64,000 nt of DNA, from assembly GCF_009834535.1 (NCBI RefSeq), contig NC_045696.1, positions 27,096,001-27,160,000 on the forward strand, given 5' to 3'. Origin of the DNA: Camelus ferus (Eukaryota). How positions within the stretch are numbered: the stretch's first letter is position 1; each line of letters begins with the position of its first letter. The position numbers and the translations under genes are program-made. Shown here one piece after another: positions 23,826-37,080 of this stretch. The notes beneath the pieces were generated by a model. The model did no database searches. It was not told where the DNA came from and was given only the letters and a program-made list of their open reading frames with translations.

Positions 23826-26800
23826 ATAGTAGTGCAGTCCCTAATTAGTCTACTATGCCCTTCTGCTTTCCTGTGCTGTGACTTAATCCTGGCCCTATTC
23901 AAAGAAATATGTAAGTATCTCCTGTTCTGGGAACTACCATTGCTGTATGCTATTTCTCTGCAATGCATCTCTATAACCACACAGGCAGCACCCTTATTTT
24001 ATAGTAACCAACTTCACAACTTGGATCCTTCGCCTTTAAGTACCTGAAGCTGGGTCAGCTTCCCCTGTAGTCACCCTACAGGAGTGGCCAAAGTCTCTTA
24101 CCTGGAGTCTATTCCATCCAACTTATGTCCACTATGTCTTGTAAGATGCCAGCCCCTGACTGAGTCACTGCTCTACTTTAGAATTCTGATTCTATAGATA
24201 ACTTTTTTATCTTGACTGTGTTCTAGGTGTGGAACAGCAGGTTTCAAATGGGGATAATATCAAATATTGCATGTACTTTGACTATAAGATTGTTACCAAT
24301 GAATCCATGCTCTGAGTCTCTGTGCTCAGGGATTTTTTTTTTTTTTCAAATTCACAGGAACCTAGTTCACTTAAACCTGGTGATTGCTTCTGCAAAGTCA
24401 CAGGAACCTATTTCAGCTAAGGTTGTTATATATGGCCAAATTCATCTTCGTCTTGTAGAATCTACAGGCTGTATTACATCTTTGACTTCTGTTTAGTTTC
24501 ATAATTCATTTGAAATACAGTTATGAAATGAAAATCTGTGCCTGTAATACTCCAATGCTAATTAAGTAATAGCCAGCTTCTTCTCTCAAGGATGTTTTTC
24601 ACCAAAGATTGATACATAGATCTCTGACAGTAAAATGATTAAGTCTAACACTTCGTTTTTCATCCTTACGAGCAATTCATCAACCATCAGTGAAATCCTG
24701 TTTGCAACACTGAAAGTGGGCCACTTGATTATATTCATTGTGTGTATTCCAAAATACAGATAAGATGCAGTAAATGAACTACTGACATAAGCAACAGCAC
24801 TACATACAAAGGGTTCTTTTCTGTTGCCTTTAATCCAGCCAAGTGGCTTTTCAGTAATACTTGACCAGAACCTACAGGAAGAAACTCAGCTTCCACTGCA
24901 ATGCAGTGTACATAAATGAAACAAATCTTTCCGTGAAACGTGTTCTTAAAATAATGCATGAAAAGTACGCTAATATTTTCTGTTCTGTAGTTGTAAACTT
25001 TTAAAATTCCCTGCCACTGATTAGTGAATTTCAACCTGTAGTTGGAAAAACACTAACAAAAGATCATGTAAAGGAAACTTATAGACTGAAGGAAAAATTT
25101 TAAAACAAATGAGGAAAAAACAGTGAATAATGGAAGTGGGGATTACTAACATTGAACAATGTAATGAATAGGTCAATATTTTCTGAATTGTTATAATTTC
25201 TTAAAAACTTAACATGATGTACAAATACTTTGAAGTATAAAAGAATGATGTTTCAGTTCCCCATAGGGTGAGGTACCATGCCAAATACTACATTTTATCC
25301 TATTGCTAATATTTTCTAAATTATTCTGTTTAACTTTCTGGTGGTTACCAATATTTATTTACTCTCACTTATTCATAGAAAAACACCAAATTTGAAACAT
25401 TGAGATTTTCTTTTTCATTCTTTCTATCTTTACTATTTCTAACTATGGTTAACAAAGCCAAAAAAAAAAAAAAAAAGCTACAACAATGTTCATGAAGAAA
25501 TATCTGAGTAATGGAGCAGATACATCCTCCATGTTAAGTTTTCAACTCACAAAACATATGGCTGAAGAATGCATTGTATTTGGCAACACAAAATAATCAT
25601 TATGAGACATAAATCTGAGAAGAAATCTTATTAGTTTGTGTTATGATAAAGATATTTGTCAAATAATAAATGGTTTCATTTCATGCGGTTGATAGCATAT
25701 TGTGCATATTTTAATCAAATGTGAAATAGTCACCTGTCCTAGAGACAGTGTTCAATACATAAGTTGTATTATTATTAAAATTAAATAATATTAAGATACT
25801 TATGAGATTTTTCATTAAATGTACATATAGAAATTAACAGTATATTTCCAAAAGAAACTAATTATAATCATACAGAAGACTTAAACCATACCTACAATTT
25901 TCTCTCATTTAAATCCTTATAGCATCAAATGTTCTATACACGTGTATGTGAAATTACAGAAAAAAGATTCTCTAAGAGAGTTCAGAACAAAAGAATAAGC
26001 AATTTTTATCAGCAGCTTCTTAACATTCATTTTAATTTAGGTCAATCTTTTGAAAGCAAACTACTGTCTTATCCTCTGCTTATGAGCCTCTTTTTCCTTA
26101 GGTAGATTCTCTATGATTTTTATAACTTCATACCTTTCTATGGATTTGTTTTCATTCTGCATATCTTCATTTCACATTAGGCTATCTCTCCAGAGTGATT
26201 ACCAGATTATTCAGATTAAAATTTATGAAAATTTAAATTATGTTTTAAGTATGGTTCTCTTTAACTACTGAGGGAAAGTTCAAGGTACTATTTAATATAA
26301 GGCCAGGTACTCAACTATTTTCTTTTCCTATTATAAAACTATTGAGTTATTCTTAAATACAAATTTTTTTAAGAAAGTCAGATTTATGTATCAAAGAGTG
26401 AAGTTTTAGAGTTGGGCCACATCCAACTAAAAATTTGTGATGGTGACTTGTATAGGAAAAGGATACTCTTTTTAACATTCTCATACAGAAATTTAAGCAT
26501 ATGTTTCCCTTTAGCTGAGAATTTAATTAGAGTAAGATAAAGGATTTGAAGGTACTCTAATTTCTTAACAGAGAAGATATATTTTAAGCTGTGTGCAAGA
26601 ACAAAAAAAGAGAACATCAGAGTATCCAAAAGCAACACCATTTACTTGGCACAGCAATAAAAATGCTAAATATGTGAACTTCCAGAAAAGACACTACTAT
26701 TCTCAGATAACATACTTATGTAGACTTAAAATAGTTTTTATGTTTTCAAATAAATACATACATATTTGTGAATGTGTGTGTACAAATATATATATAAACA

Positions 26801-27849
26801 AATACATATATAAATACAAATATGTATGTATATGCCCTCTTTATTTTGTTTTTGAAAGAATTATTGCCTGTTGGTTAATAAGTTTCAGGTGCTTTTGTGT
26901 TTCAAAATATACATGTAATTGTGCTAAAGGTAAGAACTGACAAGCAAGGTGTAAGTTCCACTGGGCCTTGGAAGTAATGACCATTGGCCTTTGTATAACC
27001 TCCTATTCTCAACACTTCCACATGCACAAACACACTGCGTCAACCCCTGTCATCACTTACTCACTCACAACTCCAAAGCTGAATTGGGCCCTCAGCGGCA
27101 CAAACTGAGATTCCCCAGGGAGTCAATTAGAATCACACGGCAACTGTAGAGGGCAACATCTGGACATGGAATTTTACCTAAGATGGTAGCAGCTGACTTT
27201 GTCCTAGCATTTTCCATATTGCTCTTACGACTCCTGACAAAGGATGAGGTAAGATTTTCAAGCAATTAAAGACTGTGTTTGGAGGTGACATTCAATATTG
27301 ATATTGGAGGTGTGTTTCAGCACTTGAAAAACAGAGTTGCTATTTAAAACTTTAACCACGATGTTAATTTGATGATTTTCCCCCATGGCAATTCATATGG
27401 ATAACCCACTCTCAAAACTTAAATAAAAACTACTAAATTTAGTTAGAGAAAAAAATACACCTTGTCCATGTCGAGGCACACGTTTACTAGTCCAGCAGAG
27501 ACCAATCTGTGTTGCATAAAATCATTTATGGACAAATTCAATTTCATTTTACATATTATTAAGATTATTTTTGTCTAAGTTTAAGATTTATTTGTTTGGC
27601 ACATAACTTTAATAATTGAATGGCACTTAATAAATCTATGATTGAGATAACTACAACTTTTAATTAGATAATTATATTAAAAATATACAAATCTCAAATT
27701 TATCTATTTTAAGCCCAGTTTTCAAAGATGGTGATCACAATTTGCACAATTAAATGCTAATCTTTCTTCATTCAGATATCCCCTTTTTGGTCACAATTTT
27801 CTTCATGGTACTTTTTTAAAATTGCAATACCTTTTTTTACAACACTTCA

Positions 27850-28045
27850 AATCACCTGCTTCCACCTTATGTTTCTTTATTGCAACTACCACCATCTAAT
27901 GTGTTACATATTTTTAATTGTATTTTGTCTATCTCCTATGAGAACATAGACTTGACTCTTTTTGGTGTTCTGTTCATTGTGTTGCCTAGAACAGTGCCAA
28001 CACATAGAAGGTGCTAAATGAGTATTTGTGAAAAAATAAATAAAA
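27850..28045 (+). mobile_element. L2 3' end
   Basis: 'gcctagaacagtgccaacacatagaaggtgctaaatgagtatttgtg'. Confidence 0.75.
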
Positions 28046-28169
28046 GATCACTTTTTACAAAGGGTTTTCCATAAAATCAGGCATGTGTGCTTTTGAATGT
28101 GGTGAAATTGATAATAACAATTTAGCTCAATAATTCTTTTACTAGGTAAGATGAAGTAAGCACGTGCTA

Positions 28170-29165
28170 CCCAATCTCTCCTGATGACAGCAGCTATGAA
28201 ATCTGGAGGGAATGCATGAAGACACCGTTTGAGGACTCTGAAAAGGAAATAACAGAAGGAAACTGCAGTAGAACAGAGTTAAAGTACCACAAAACCAGTA
28301 GTGAAATTACCTTTTTTCCCCCCTCTTTAGTATCTTCAAGCTTGGTACTCAAGGCAGCAAAAAACCCAGAAGTAGGCATTGGCACAGAGTACTAGAAGCC
28401 CTCTAGTCCCAGTTTGATGCACGGAAAACACATATCATTTTCCAGTGCACATGGAACATTCATCATAATAGATCGTATCCTGGGATATTAAACAAACCTT
28501 AACACATTTAAAAGAATTTATATCATACAAAGTATGTTTTTAAATCATAATGGAATTAAACTTGAAATCAATAACAAGAGATACAGAAGAATCATAGAAA
28601 TTGAAAAAGCACATACACTTTAAAACATATAAATAAAAGAGGAGTCTCAAGGGAAATTAGAAAATATTTTGAACTGAAAAAATTAAAATGCAACACATCA
28701 AAATTTGTAGGATGTAGCTAAGACAATGTTTACAAGGAAACACTCTTTAAAAAGTCAAATGCTTACATTACAAAAGAAATGTCTCAAATTAATAACCTAA
28801 GCTTCCATTTCATAAAACTAGAAAAAGAAGAGGAAACTAAATCCAAAGCAAGCAGAGGAAAAGAAATAATATAGATGAGAGCAGATATAAATTAAGTGGG
28901 TGCCTGAAAGATTCCACTTATATGACATTCTCAAAAGACAAAACCATCAAGATGTTGAAGAGATCAGAGGTTGCCAAGGGTGAGGGATGGGGGAGGGTGT
29001 ACCTATAAAGGGACAGTACAGAGAGTTTGGCAGGATGATGGAACTTTCTGTATCCTGACTAGGGTGGTGGTTACACAAATCTACACATGTATTAAACTTC
29101 ATAGAACTGTATACCAAAAATGTCAGTTTTACTGTATGTTAATTAAAAAATAAAATTTTAAATAA
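28170..29165 (+). mobile_element. Old L1 (L1ME class): 5' piece, ORF2 piece and 3' UTR piece juxtaposed
   Basis: ORF2-like 'gtgcacatggaacattc...ataatggaattaaacttgaaatcaataac' at ~28440-28895; L1ME 3' UTR 'ggtggtggttacacaaatctacacatgt...agaactgtatacc' at ~28910-29160. Confidence 0.8.
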
Positions 29166-32100
29166 TATTCCTTTAAAACGCTAATTCATGCATTCATTCT
29201 AAGAGGGGGAATGAGAATTTTATAAATGTAAAACATGATGTTAATTCTCTATTCAATCATTGGCTTTCAAATTACAAACTTTGGAACATTTCTGCAATCC
29301 CTTCACCCCTCTAAGCTTTGCAATCCTCTTTCTACAGGCAGGGATAGTACCACTTCCATACAGGGCTGTGATGAGTAATTCTGATCTGAATGGTACCCCA
29401 TTGAAAGGGGTTTCACCTCATTCTACTACTCAAGAAACTGACTTATAATGTATCTGAAAAACTTTTATTTAGATCACAGCCAAGAAAACTCACTTCCATT
29501 TATTTTAGAGAACATACTGTTGTAATATTTTGAAAGAAAGTTAAAATAAGGATGTTTCACCAAATGGCTATCAATAAGATTAAGCGATAATTGCCCAGTT
29601 TGAAGTTTGTATAGCCACAGGTGTGGTACAGGTCAATATAATATGTTTCTGCTCCAGAAAGAAATGTAACCAATAATAGTTTCATCCAGGTGTTTTGTTG
29701 TTTACTTTTTCCTGAGACATAATTCTGAACCACAATTACAGTATTATAAATATGTGTTTAGAATTGGGAAGACTTTCAATATGGATCGGTTAACTGCCCC
29801 TGCTGTTCTATGGTTTCTCTTTTTCAACAGTTTCAAAATGTGGGCAAATGCCTATTTTTCATTTATTACCACAAGATTTCTTTCCTTGACTCTTGAAAGT
29901 CCTCTTTCTCCAATCTTATTCATCATTAATGGAAGTCTCCCTTAATCTTGAGCAAAGGCAAATTCTTTCATTGTCTCTCAACAAACCTTCTGGGTTAACA
30001 TGTGACTTGCATAGTTAAAAATTATGCTGAACAATTTAATAAACTTCACTGGTGAACATAAGAGTTAAATCATCACTTTATTGTAAACAGACTGGAAAAT
30101 TACTTTAAACTGCTGTTTTTACTCACACTGAAACTGAATTTAATACATATAAAATTTGAAAGTGTAATTTCACCAAATTTTACATCCTCCAATAATGAAA
30201 TATTCAATGCCAAATTTTATTTACAATTATGGATTTCTACAGATGAATTCTGAAGCATTCTACCAGAAAATGAAAACTAGAAGGTAGACTCAAATAAAAA
30301 CTAAATCGAAATAATTACCTCCTGAATTCCTTAATTACTTATGTGTATTATGTTTTCCAAAGACATAATAAATTGTATTTGGTAAAACAGGAGAAAGCAT
30401 GTTTCATCTACAACATTTAGTACTTTTTGTGTTACAAGAGCAGATAAACTGGATTTAAACTGGAATTTAAATTAATTTACGTAGAACAAATTCTTTCTGC
30501 CTTTCCATATTGCTTTTCATGATGTTGCTTTTACTCATAGGCTCAATAAGATGCCTCTTTCCAAAAGTTCTAGGCACTCCCCCAATTGGAATCAAAATGC
30601 CTCTAATAATGTCACACTTCATATCTTCATATCATGCAATCCTATCCAAGAGAAGAAAAAAAACTCTTCTAGTCATTTCTTTAAAAAAGGTGGAAATTTT
30701 CTCTTTCCCAAGATTATTCTTCCTTCTCATCACCTTGGTTAGGTGACAGGCCTATTTCAGGGGAGGAAGTTACTTTGGCCAGGATTTTGTATTGCTTATT
30801 GGCAGGAGTCAACAATAATCCATACCTGATGATTGGGTGGATTCAACCTACCAAAAACCATATTGTTTTTAAAAAGGAAAAAAAAATTTAGAACACAATA
30901 TGTGTGTGAGTTCCCGGGATATATTAGTGACTTGTAATATTTGAGGTTAACTTTACCTGCTTCTAGAATTTAAACTCATTATAAATATATGACAGAAGAA
31001 CGGAGTAGTATTCAGAACAATACAAAATTCATATTCAACTCTCTTTTATCAAAAATATTTTATTGTATGGATATCAACATAAAATCCTAATTAGTTATGT
31101 TGACAGAAAATTTTAAGTGATGTATAAATAAAACATTTTACATTTTTCTTTAAACAACATATGCTTAAACTTATTAACTTATCAAGTATTTATTGTACCT
31201 ACTATATGTCGTCCACTATTAAGAGTGCTGTTGATTCAGTAGTGAACAAGATACCTGTTTTTTTCTCTTACATACTTGTAAGAATGCTTACATTCTTATA
31301 TTCTAATGAATATAAGGTTTATATTCCAATGAATGCCTTGATTGTGTTAATATAGGTATCATTATACAAAAGCTAAAATTATGATGAGCCTATTGAAGAT
31401 GGCTAGTCATTTAATATATATTGCTCACTTTGTTGGTAAACTTTCCCTATTAAAACTCTGAGTCTTGTTTCTTTATTCAATCTTTTAACAAACAATATTT
31501 TGTACTTATTACGAGTTCAAATATTCTGCCAATCCCTAAGGAAATAAAGGTAAGCAAGTGAACAATGTCTTTTCCCCCCAATAATAATGGCTCAAGAGAA
31601 AGTATATACTGCAAATCTAAAAACGTTGTAAGTAATTTTATTTGCTGAAGTATTAGTTTCAGATTTTTCCAAAAGTAATAGAAAATCTGAACAATTGTCA
31701 CCTTAAATAACATACATGATATATACATATAACATATGTTTACATATAAAAGAAAATATATACCTATATATTTAGAGCCAGTGGATCACTTTTCTGTGGA
31801 TCATCTTTACATGAAGGTCACAAACCAACCTCATCCCTTTTTCCCTAAACTGCTGTGTATTCACAGGGGTACACATGGCAACAAAGGTGTTAGGGCAAAC
31901 ACTGACATCCAGAGCCCTTACAGAGGAATTTCCAAAAGGGGCATTCTTTTGGATGCATTCTTTCTCAGAGGGAGTAATTATTACTAATATAGAAATTTAA
32001 GTTTGGAAAGTCAGATAGTTATCTCTACACAGACTTTGACATGGGAAACAAGAAACATTTTCCATCTTTAGTCACATTAGCTGACACAATGTTCAGGAGG

Positions 32101-32607
32101 CCAAAAGAACACAACCTGTGTGAAATCTGTATTTGCACAGCTACAAGTTTCAAAAAAAAATATTTATAGATCTAGAAAAGGTCATACTGGTTCTGTATAA
32201 ATTAAAAGGGTACATCATAACACTAAATTTAACCAATTACATTTTTGTCTATGAAATAAGATGCAGCCTTTAAGAAGAAAAAGTAAATTTTTATATGCTG
32301 AGATATAAATATCTACAGGATATATTGCTAAGTGGAAAAATAATTGGAAAATTATACATATAAAATTATTGTATTTCTTGTTTTAATGGGAGAGAGAAGA
32401 GCAAGAGAATTTTACCTGTGCTACACAGACAAATTTCCTGGAAGACTAGGGTATAAAGCCAGAAAACAGACAGGAGCCAAATTCTATAAGGCTTTGTGGC
32501 ATTAATGAGAAGTTTAGAATTTACGTTAAGGAAAAAGTGAGCCACAAGAGGGTTTTTAGAGGAGGATGATATAATCTGACTTTAAATTTTAAAGAAAAAT
32601 TACATGA

Positions 32608-33082
32608 ATTCCATTTCCGGCCCAGGTGGAAAAATAAGAGCTAGATATAGCTTCTTCCTGAAACAACCAGAAGTGGGGGAAAAAGTGTCAAAATATATGA
32701 ATCAATAGTTTCCAAGGCAAAGAACATCAGGTGTAAAGGAAAGGGATCCCTGAGAAACAGGAAATGTTCAGATCCACCTTATGATTGCCCTAGCTTACTA
32801 CTTGAGAGACATTCCAGGCCACAATGAAGGGAGTGAGTAGGCAAGTAGAGTCTGATAACTTCCTTGAGTCGAAGAAATAAAACTATATGTTTAAGGAGAT
32901 GAAGGCAGCTAGAGTTTGCAGGACAGAGTACTGAATAGAAGAAGACTATACACAGAGAGAATCCAAGAGATCTGCAGAAAATTCCTTTTGAGTATTCAGC
33001 AGAGTATTGATCACAGCATGCATGCGAAGAAACTACTCAAAGTTGGGGAAAGAACAACCCAAAAGCATTAGAGGGAACAGTG
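32608..33082 (+). mobile_element. Old L1 5' end fragment (L1MDa-like)
   Basis: 'gatccctgagaaacaggaaa', 'ggcagctagagtttgcaggacagagtac', 'gagtattcagcagagtattgatca' are typical of old L1M 5' UTRs. Confidence 0.6.
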
Positions 33083-35185
33083 AAACTGTCACTGTTTACA
33101 GATGACATGATACTATACATAAAAATCCTAAAGACACCACTAACAAACTACCAGTGTAGTTTGGTAAATAATTTGGTAAAATTGCAGGATACAAAATACC
33201 ATATATACAGAAATCTGTTGCATTTCTATATACCAACAATGAAATATCAGAAAAAAAATTAAGAAAACAGTATCATTTATCACTGCCATCAAAAAGAATA
33301 AAATATCTAGGAATAAACCAACCTAAGGAGGCAAAAGACCTATATTCTGAAAACTGCAAGACAATGATGGAAGAAACTGAAGATGACATAAATAGATGGA
33401 AAGATACATCATGTTTTTGGATTGGAAGAATCAATATTGTTAAAATGGTCATACTGTCCAAGGCAACCTACAGATTCAATGCACTCCATATCAAATTACT
33501 AATGATATGTTTCATGGAACCAAAACAAACAAAAAAATCTTTAATTTGTATGGAACCACAAAGGACCCTGAACAGCCAATACAATCTTGAGAAGAAAGTA
33601 CAGACCTGGAAGAACCATGCCCCCTGAATTCAGACTATACTACAAAGCTAATCAAAGCAGTATGGTACTTGCACAAAAACAAACACATGGATCAATGAAA
33701 CAGGATAGAAAGCCCAGAAATAAACCACACACTTATGGCCCATTAATCTACGACAAAGGAGGCAAGAATATACAATGGAGAAAAGACACTCTCTTTAATA
33801 AGTAATGCTGGGAAGCTACATGTAAAAGAATGAAATTAGAGCATTCTCTAACACCATATACAAAAATAAACTTAAAATGGATTAAAGGCTTCAATGTAAG
33901 ACCAGATACTCTAAAATTCCTAGAGGAAAACATAGGCAGAACACTCTGACATAAATCACAGCAATATTTTTGTGGATCTGTCTCCTAGAGTAATGGAAAT
34001 AAAAGCAAAACTAAACAAATTGGACCTAATTAAACTTAAATGCTTTTGCACAGCAAAGGAAACCATATACAAAATGAAAAGACAACCTACAGACAAGGAG
34101 AAAATATTTGCAAACGATGTGGCCAAAAAGGGATTAATTTCCAAAATATACAAACAGCTCATCCAGCTTAACATCAAAACAACCAACCAAATCAACAAAT
34201 AGGCAGAAGACCTAAATAGACATTTCTCCAAAGAAGATACAGAGATGGCCAATAAGCACATGAAAAGATGCTCAACATCACCATCACTAATTATTAGAGA
34301 AATGCAAATCAAAACTACAGTGAGCTATCATCTCACACCAGTCAGAATGGCCATCACAAAGAAGTCTGTAAATAATAAACGCTGGAGAGAGTGTGGAGAA
34401 AAGAGAACCCTCTTACACTGTTGGTGGGAATGTAAACTGGTGCAGCCACTATGGAGAACAGTATGGAAGCTTCTTAAAAAGCTAAAAATAGAGTTACCAT
34501 ATGATTCATCAATCTCATTCCTGAGCATACTCAGAGGAAATTCTAATTTGAAAAGATACGTGCACCCCAGTGTTCACTGCAGCACTGTTTACAACAGCCA
34601 AGATGTGGAAGTAACCTAAATGTCCATCGACAGATGACTGAATGAAGATGTGATGTATGTATATAGTGGCATGTTATTCAGCCATAAAAAAAAGAATGAA
34701 ATAATGCCATTTGTAGCAACATGGATGGAACTAGAGATTATCGTACTAAGTGAAGTAAGCCAAACAGAGAAAGATAAATATCATATATCAATTACATGTG
34801 AAATCTTAGAAAAATGATACAAGGGAGAGGGTATAGCTCAAGCGTTAGAGCGCATGTTTAGCATGCACAAGGTCCTGGCTTCAATCCCAGTACCTCTTTT
34901 AAAGATAAACCTAATAACCTCCCCCACCAAAAAAAAAAAACCTAAAAATAAATGATACAAATGAATGTATTTACAAACCAGAAATGGACTTACAGTCATA
35001 GAAAACAAACTATGATTACCATAGGAGAAAGGGGGGAGGAATAAACTAGGAGTTTGGGATTACATATACACACTACTATACATAAAATAGATTTAAAAAA
35101 CAAGGACCTACTGTATAAGCACAGGGAACTATATTCAATATCTTGTAATAGTCTATAATGGAAAAGAATCTGAAAAATACATATA
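33079..35185 (+). mobile_element. Younger cetartiodactyl-type L1, 3' half of ORF2 plus 3' UTR (inactive)
   Basis: VKLSLFTDDMILY (RT FADD region), WIGRINIVKM, decayed zinc knuckle [25 protein letters not shown]; 3' UTR 'gcacagggaactatattcaata'; multiple frameshifts. Confidence 0.95.
34823..34949 (+). mobile_element. vic-1-type tRNA-derived camelid SINE inserted in the L1
   Basis: tRNA-like head 'gggtatagctcaagcgttagagcgcatgtttagcatgcacaaggtcctggcttcaatccc', tail 'aaacctaataacctcccccacc', A-run, 11-bp TSD aaatgatacaa (34812-34822, 34950-34960). Confidence 0.9.
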
Positions 35186-35543
35186 TTTTTTAAGGTAGAC
35201 ACTTGAGAAGTCATCAGAAACCAATCTGTAATAAATAAGGACTCTGGGCAGAGTTTGGGAAGGCTGATTGAAGAACTCATGACAACTAGGTTACCCATCT
35301 CGTCAGAATTGAACACACTTATTCTCTCTGTTTACTAATGATCGCTATTCAATAGGTATTTGGGCAGAAAGAGGACATAAAAAGTTACAAACATAATTTT
35401 GTAATCATGAATTGGAGACCTTCTAAGCCTTTGTGTCCTAATCTGTAAAATGGAAATAATTCTCAGTGTCTGACTCATTAGAAGTTCTCAATAAGTGTTT
35501 CTACTGATTTGTGAAAATACGTGAATAAAGATCATTTACTTAC

Positions 35544-35545
35544 AA

Positions 35546-35616
<71 letters not shown>
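35544..35616. repeat. (TAAA)~18 tetranucleotide microsatellite
   Basis: Directly visible. Confidence 0.98.
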
Positions 35617-36019
35617 CTAGGATACTTTTGGGAATGACGGACAGACTGACCAGCTCAATTTTGGTTATGCTTTATCATACTGTGATCAACAAAATGCTGT
35701 TTACTCTATATAAAGATACCACAATAAAGGTGTTTAAAAATAATACATAAGAAACTATTAATAACAGGTATAAGTAGAATACGGCAATGGGAAAAGATAT
35801 GGCTAAAAAGACTTCTGCTGATATACTTAGATTTTATCTTCTATTTTATACATTTGAAAGTTGTTTATAAAATATAACTTATTATTCAAAAAATTTTAAG
35901 CTAGTACAAAAATGCATGACAAATTAGGAATATATTCATAATAAGTGGTCATATATTATATATTTAATATCTATAAAACAATATGCATAGCAGTAACAAT
36001 ATTATTGTAAAAGATGTTC

Positions 36020-36745
36020 CTGAAAAATAAGAAAAAAGTAGCAAAATTTCAAATGGCCAAAGAACATGAAAAAGCAATCCAACAAGATGGACAGAAATGA
36101 CCAATAAAAATATGAAAAAGCTGCTCTGCCTTTTTATTACTAAAAAGATATATTTAGAAAACAATGAAATACCCTCTTTTACCTATCTACTTATCAGAGA
36201 TTTAAAAACCAATCATGTCTAAATATTGGTGAAATTGTAAAAGATATATTTCTAAAGACAATCATAACTTTTATATCAACATTTAAAATTAACATGTTGA
36301 CAAATTATTTTCACTTTCAGGAATCTGTAGAAACTAATAGAAGAATCAGGGATGCTTATTGAGCACTGTATAAAATAGCAATAAATTTTAAACCATCCAA
36401 ATGTTCATCAATAGGACTTGGTTAAACAAAATGTGAAATCCTTCATAATATGGAGTACAGCAGACTGTTACAAAAAGAGAAGAGGATGAGCTAGACTTAG
36501 ATCTATAAATCCACAATATACAATTCAGTAATTATCTTCTGAAATAGCATGTATTTCATGATCTCATTTATGAATATATATTTATACATTTGTGGGTAAA
36601 TCTGGAATATATATATTTTCCAGTCTTAACTGTAGCTATTTCTTGGCAGTAGGGAGACATTTGGTGGCTGAAAGGGCAAGCAGCATAACAACGGAATTTT
36701 CACTTGCTACAGATTTCTCCATGGTTAATTTTTTACAATGGACAG
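36020..36745 (+). mobile_element. Very old L1 (L1ME class) 3' fragment
   Basis: 'aaatggccaa', 'ccatccaaatgttcatcaataggacttggttaaacaaa'. Confidence 0.6.
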
Positions 36746-36859
36746 AAACAAGGAAGCTATAAAGATATTTTCATTTTAGAAATAAAATCAATCCAGCAGC
36801 CTGAAAAGGGCAGAATAAGATAGCCGTTTCAGGAGAAAGCAATCTATCAACCTTTGTGA

Positions 36860-37080
36860 AAATAGAGCAGAATTTAGAATCACACAGTGAGATGCAATCT
36901 TTCCCTACCATATACTAACTGTGTGAACCTGGACATTTATTTAAATTCTTTAAGTCTCAAATTCTTGATCTGTACAGAGGAATGCCACTATCTACCTCAG
37001 AGAGTTACTGAGATAATTACGTAAGTCAGTATCTCTAATGAATTTAACATAGGTGTGTGGAAAAAATGCTAGTTTCCTTA
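36860..37080 (+). mobile_element. MIR SINE
   Basis: 'tactaactgtgtgaacctggac...tttaaattctttaagtctca...atctgta'. Confidence 0.65.

Noticed and set aside
34823..34900. Functional tRNA-Ala gene
   Set aside because: Mutated B box, SINE-specific tail, A-run and TSD show it is a retroposed SINE
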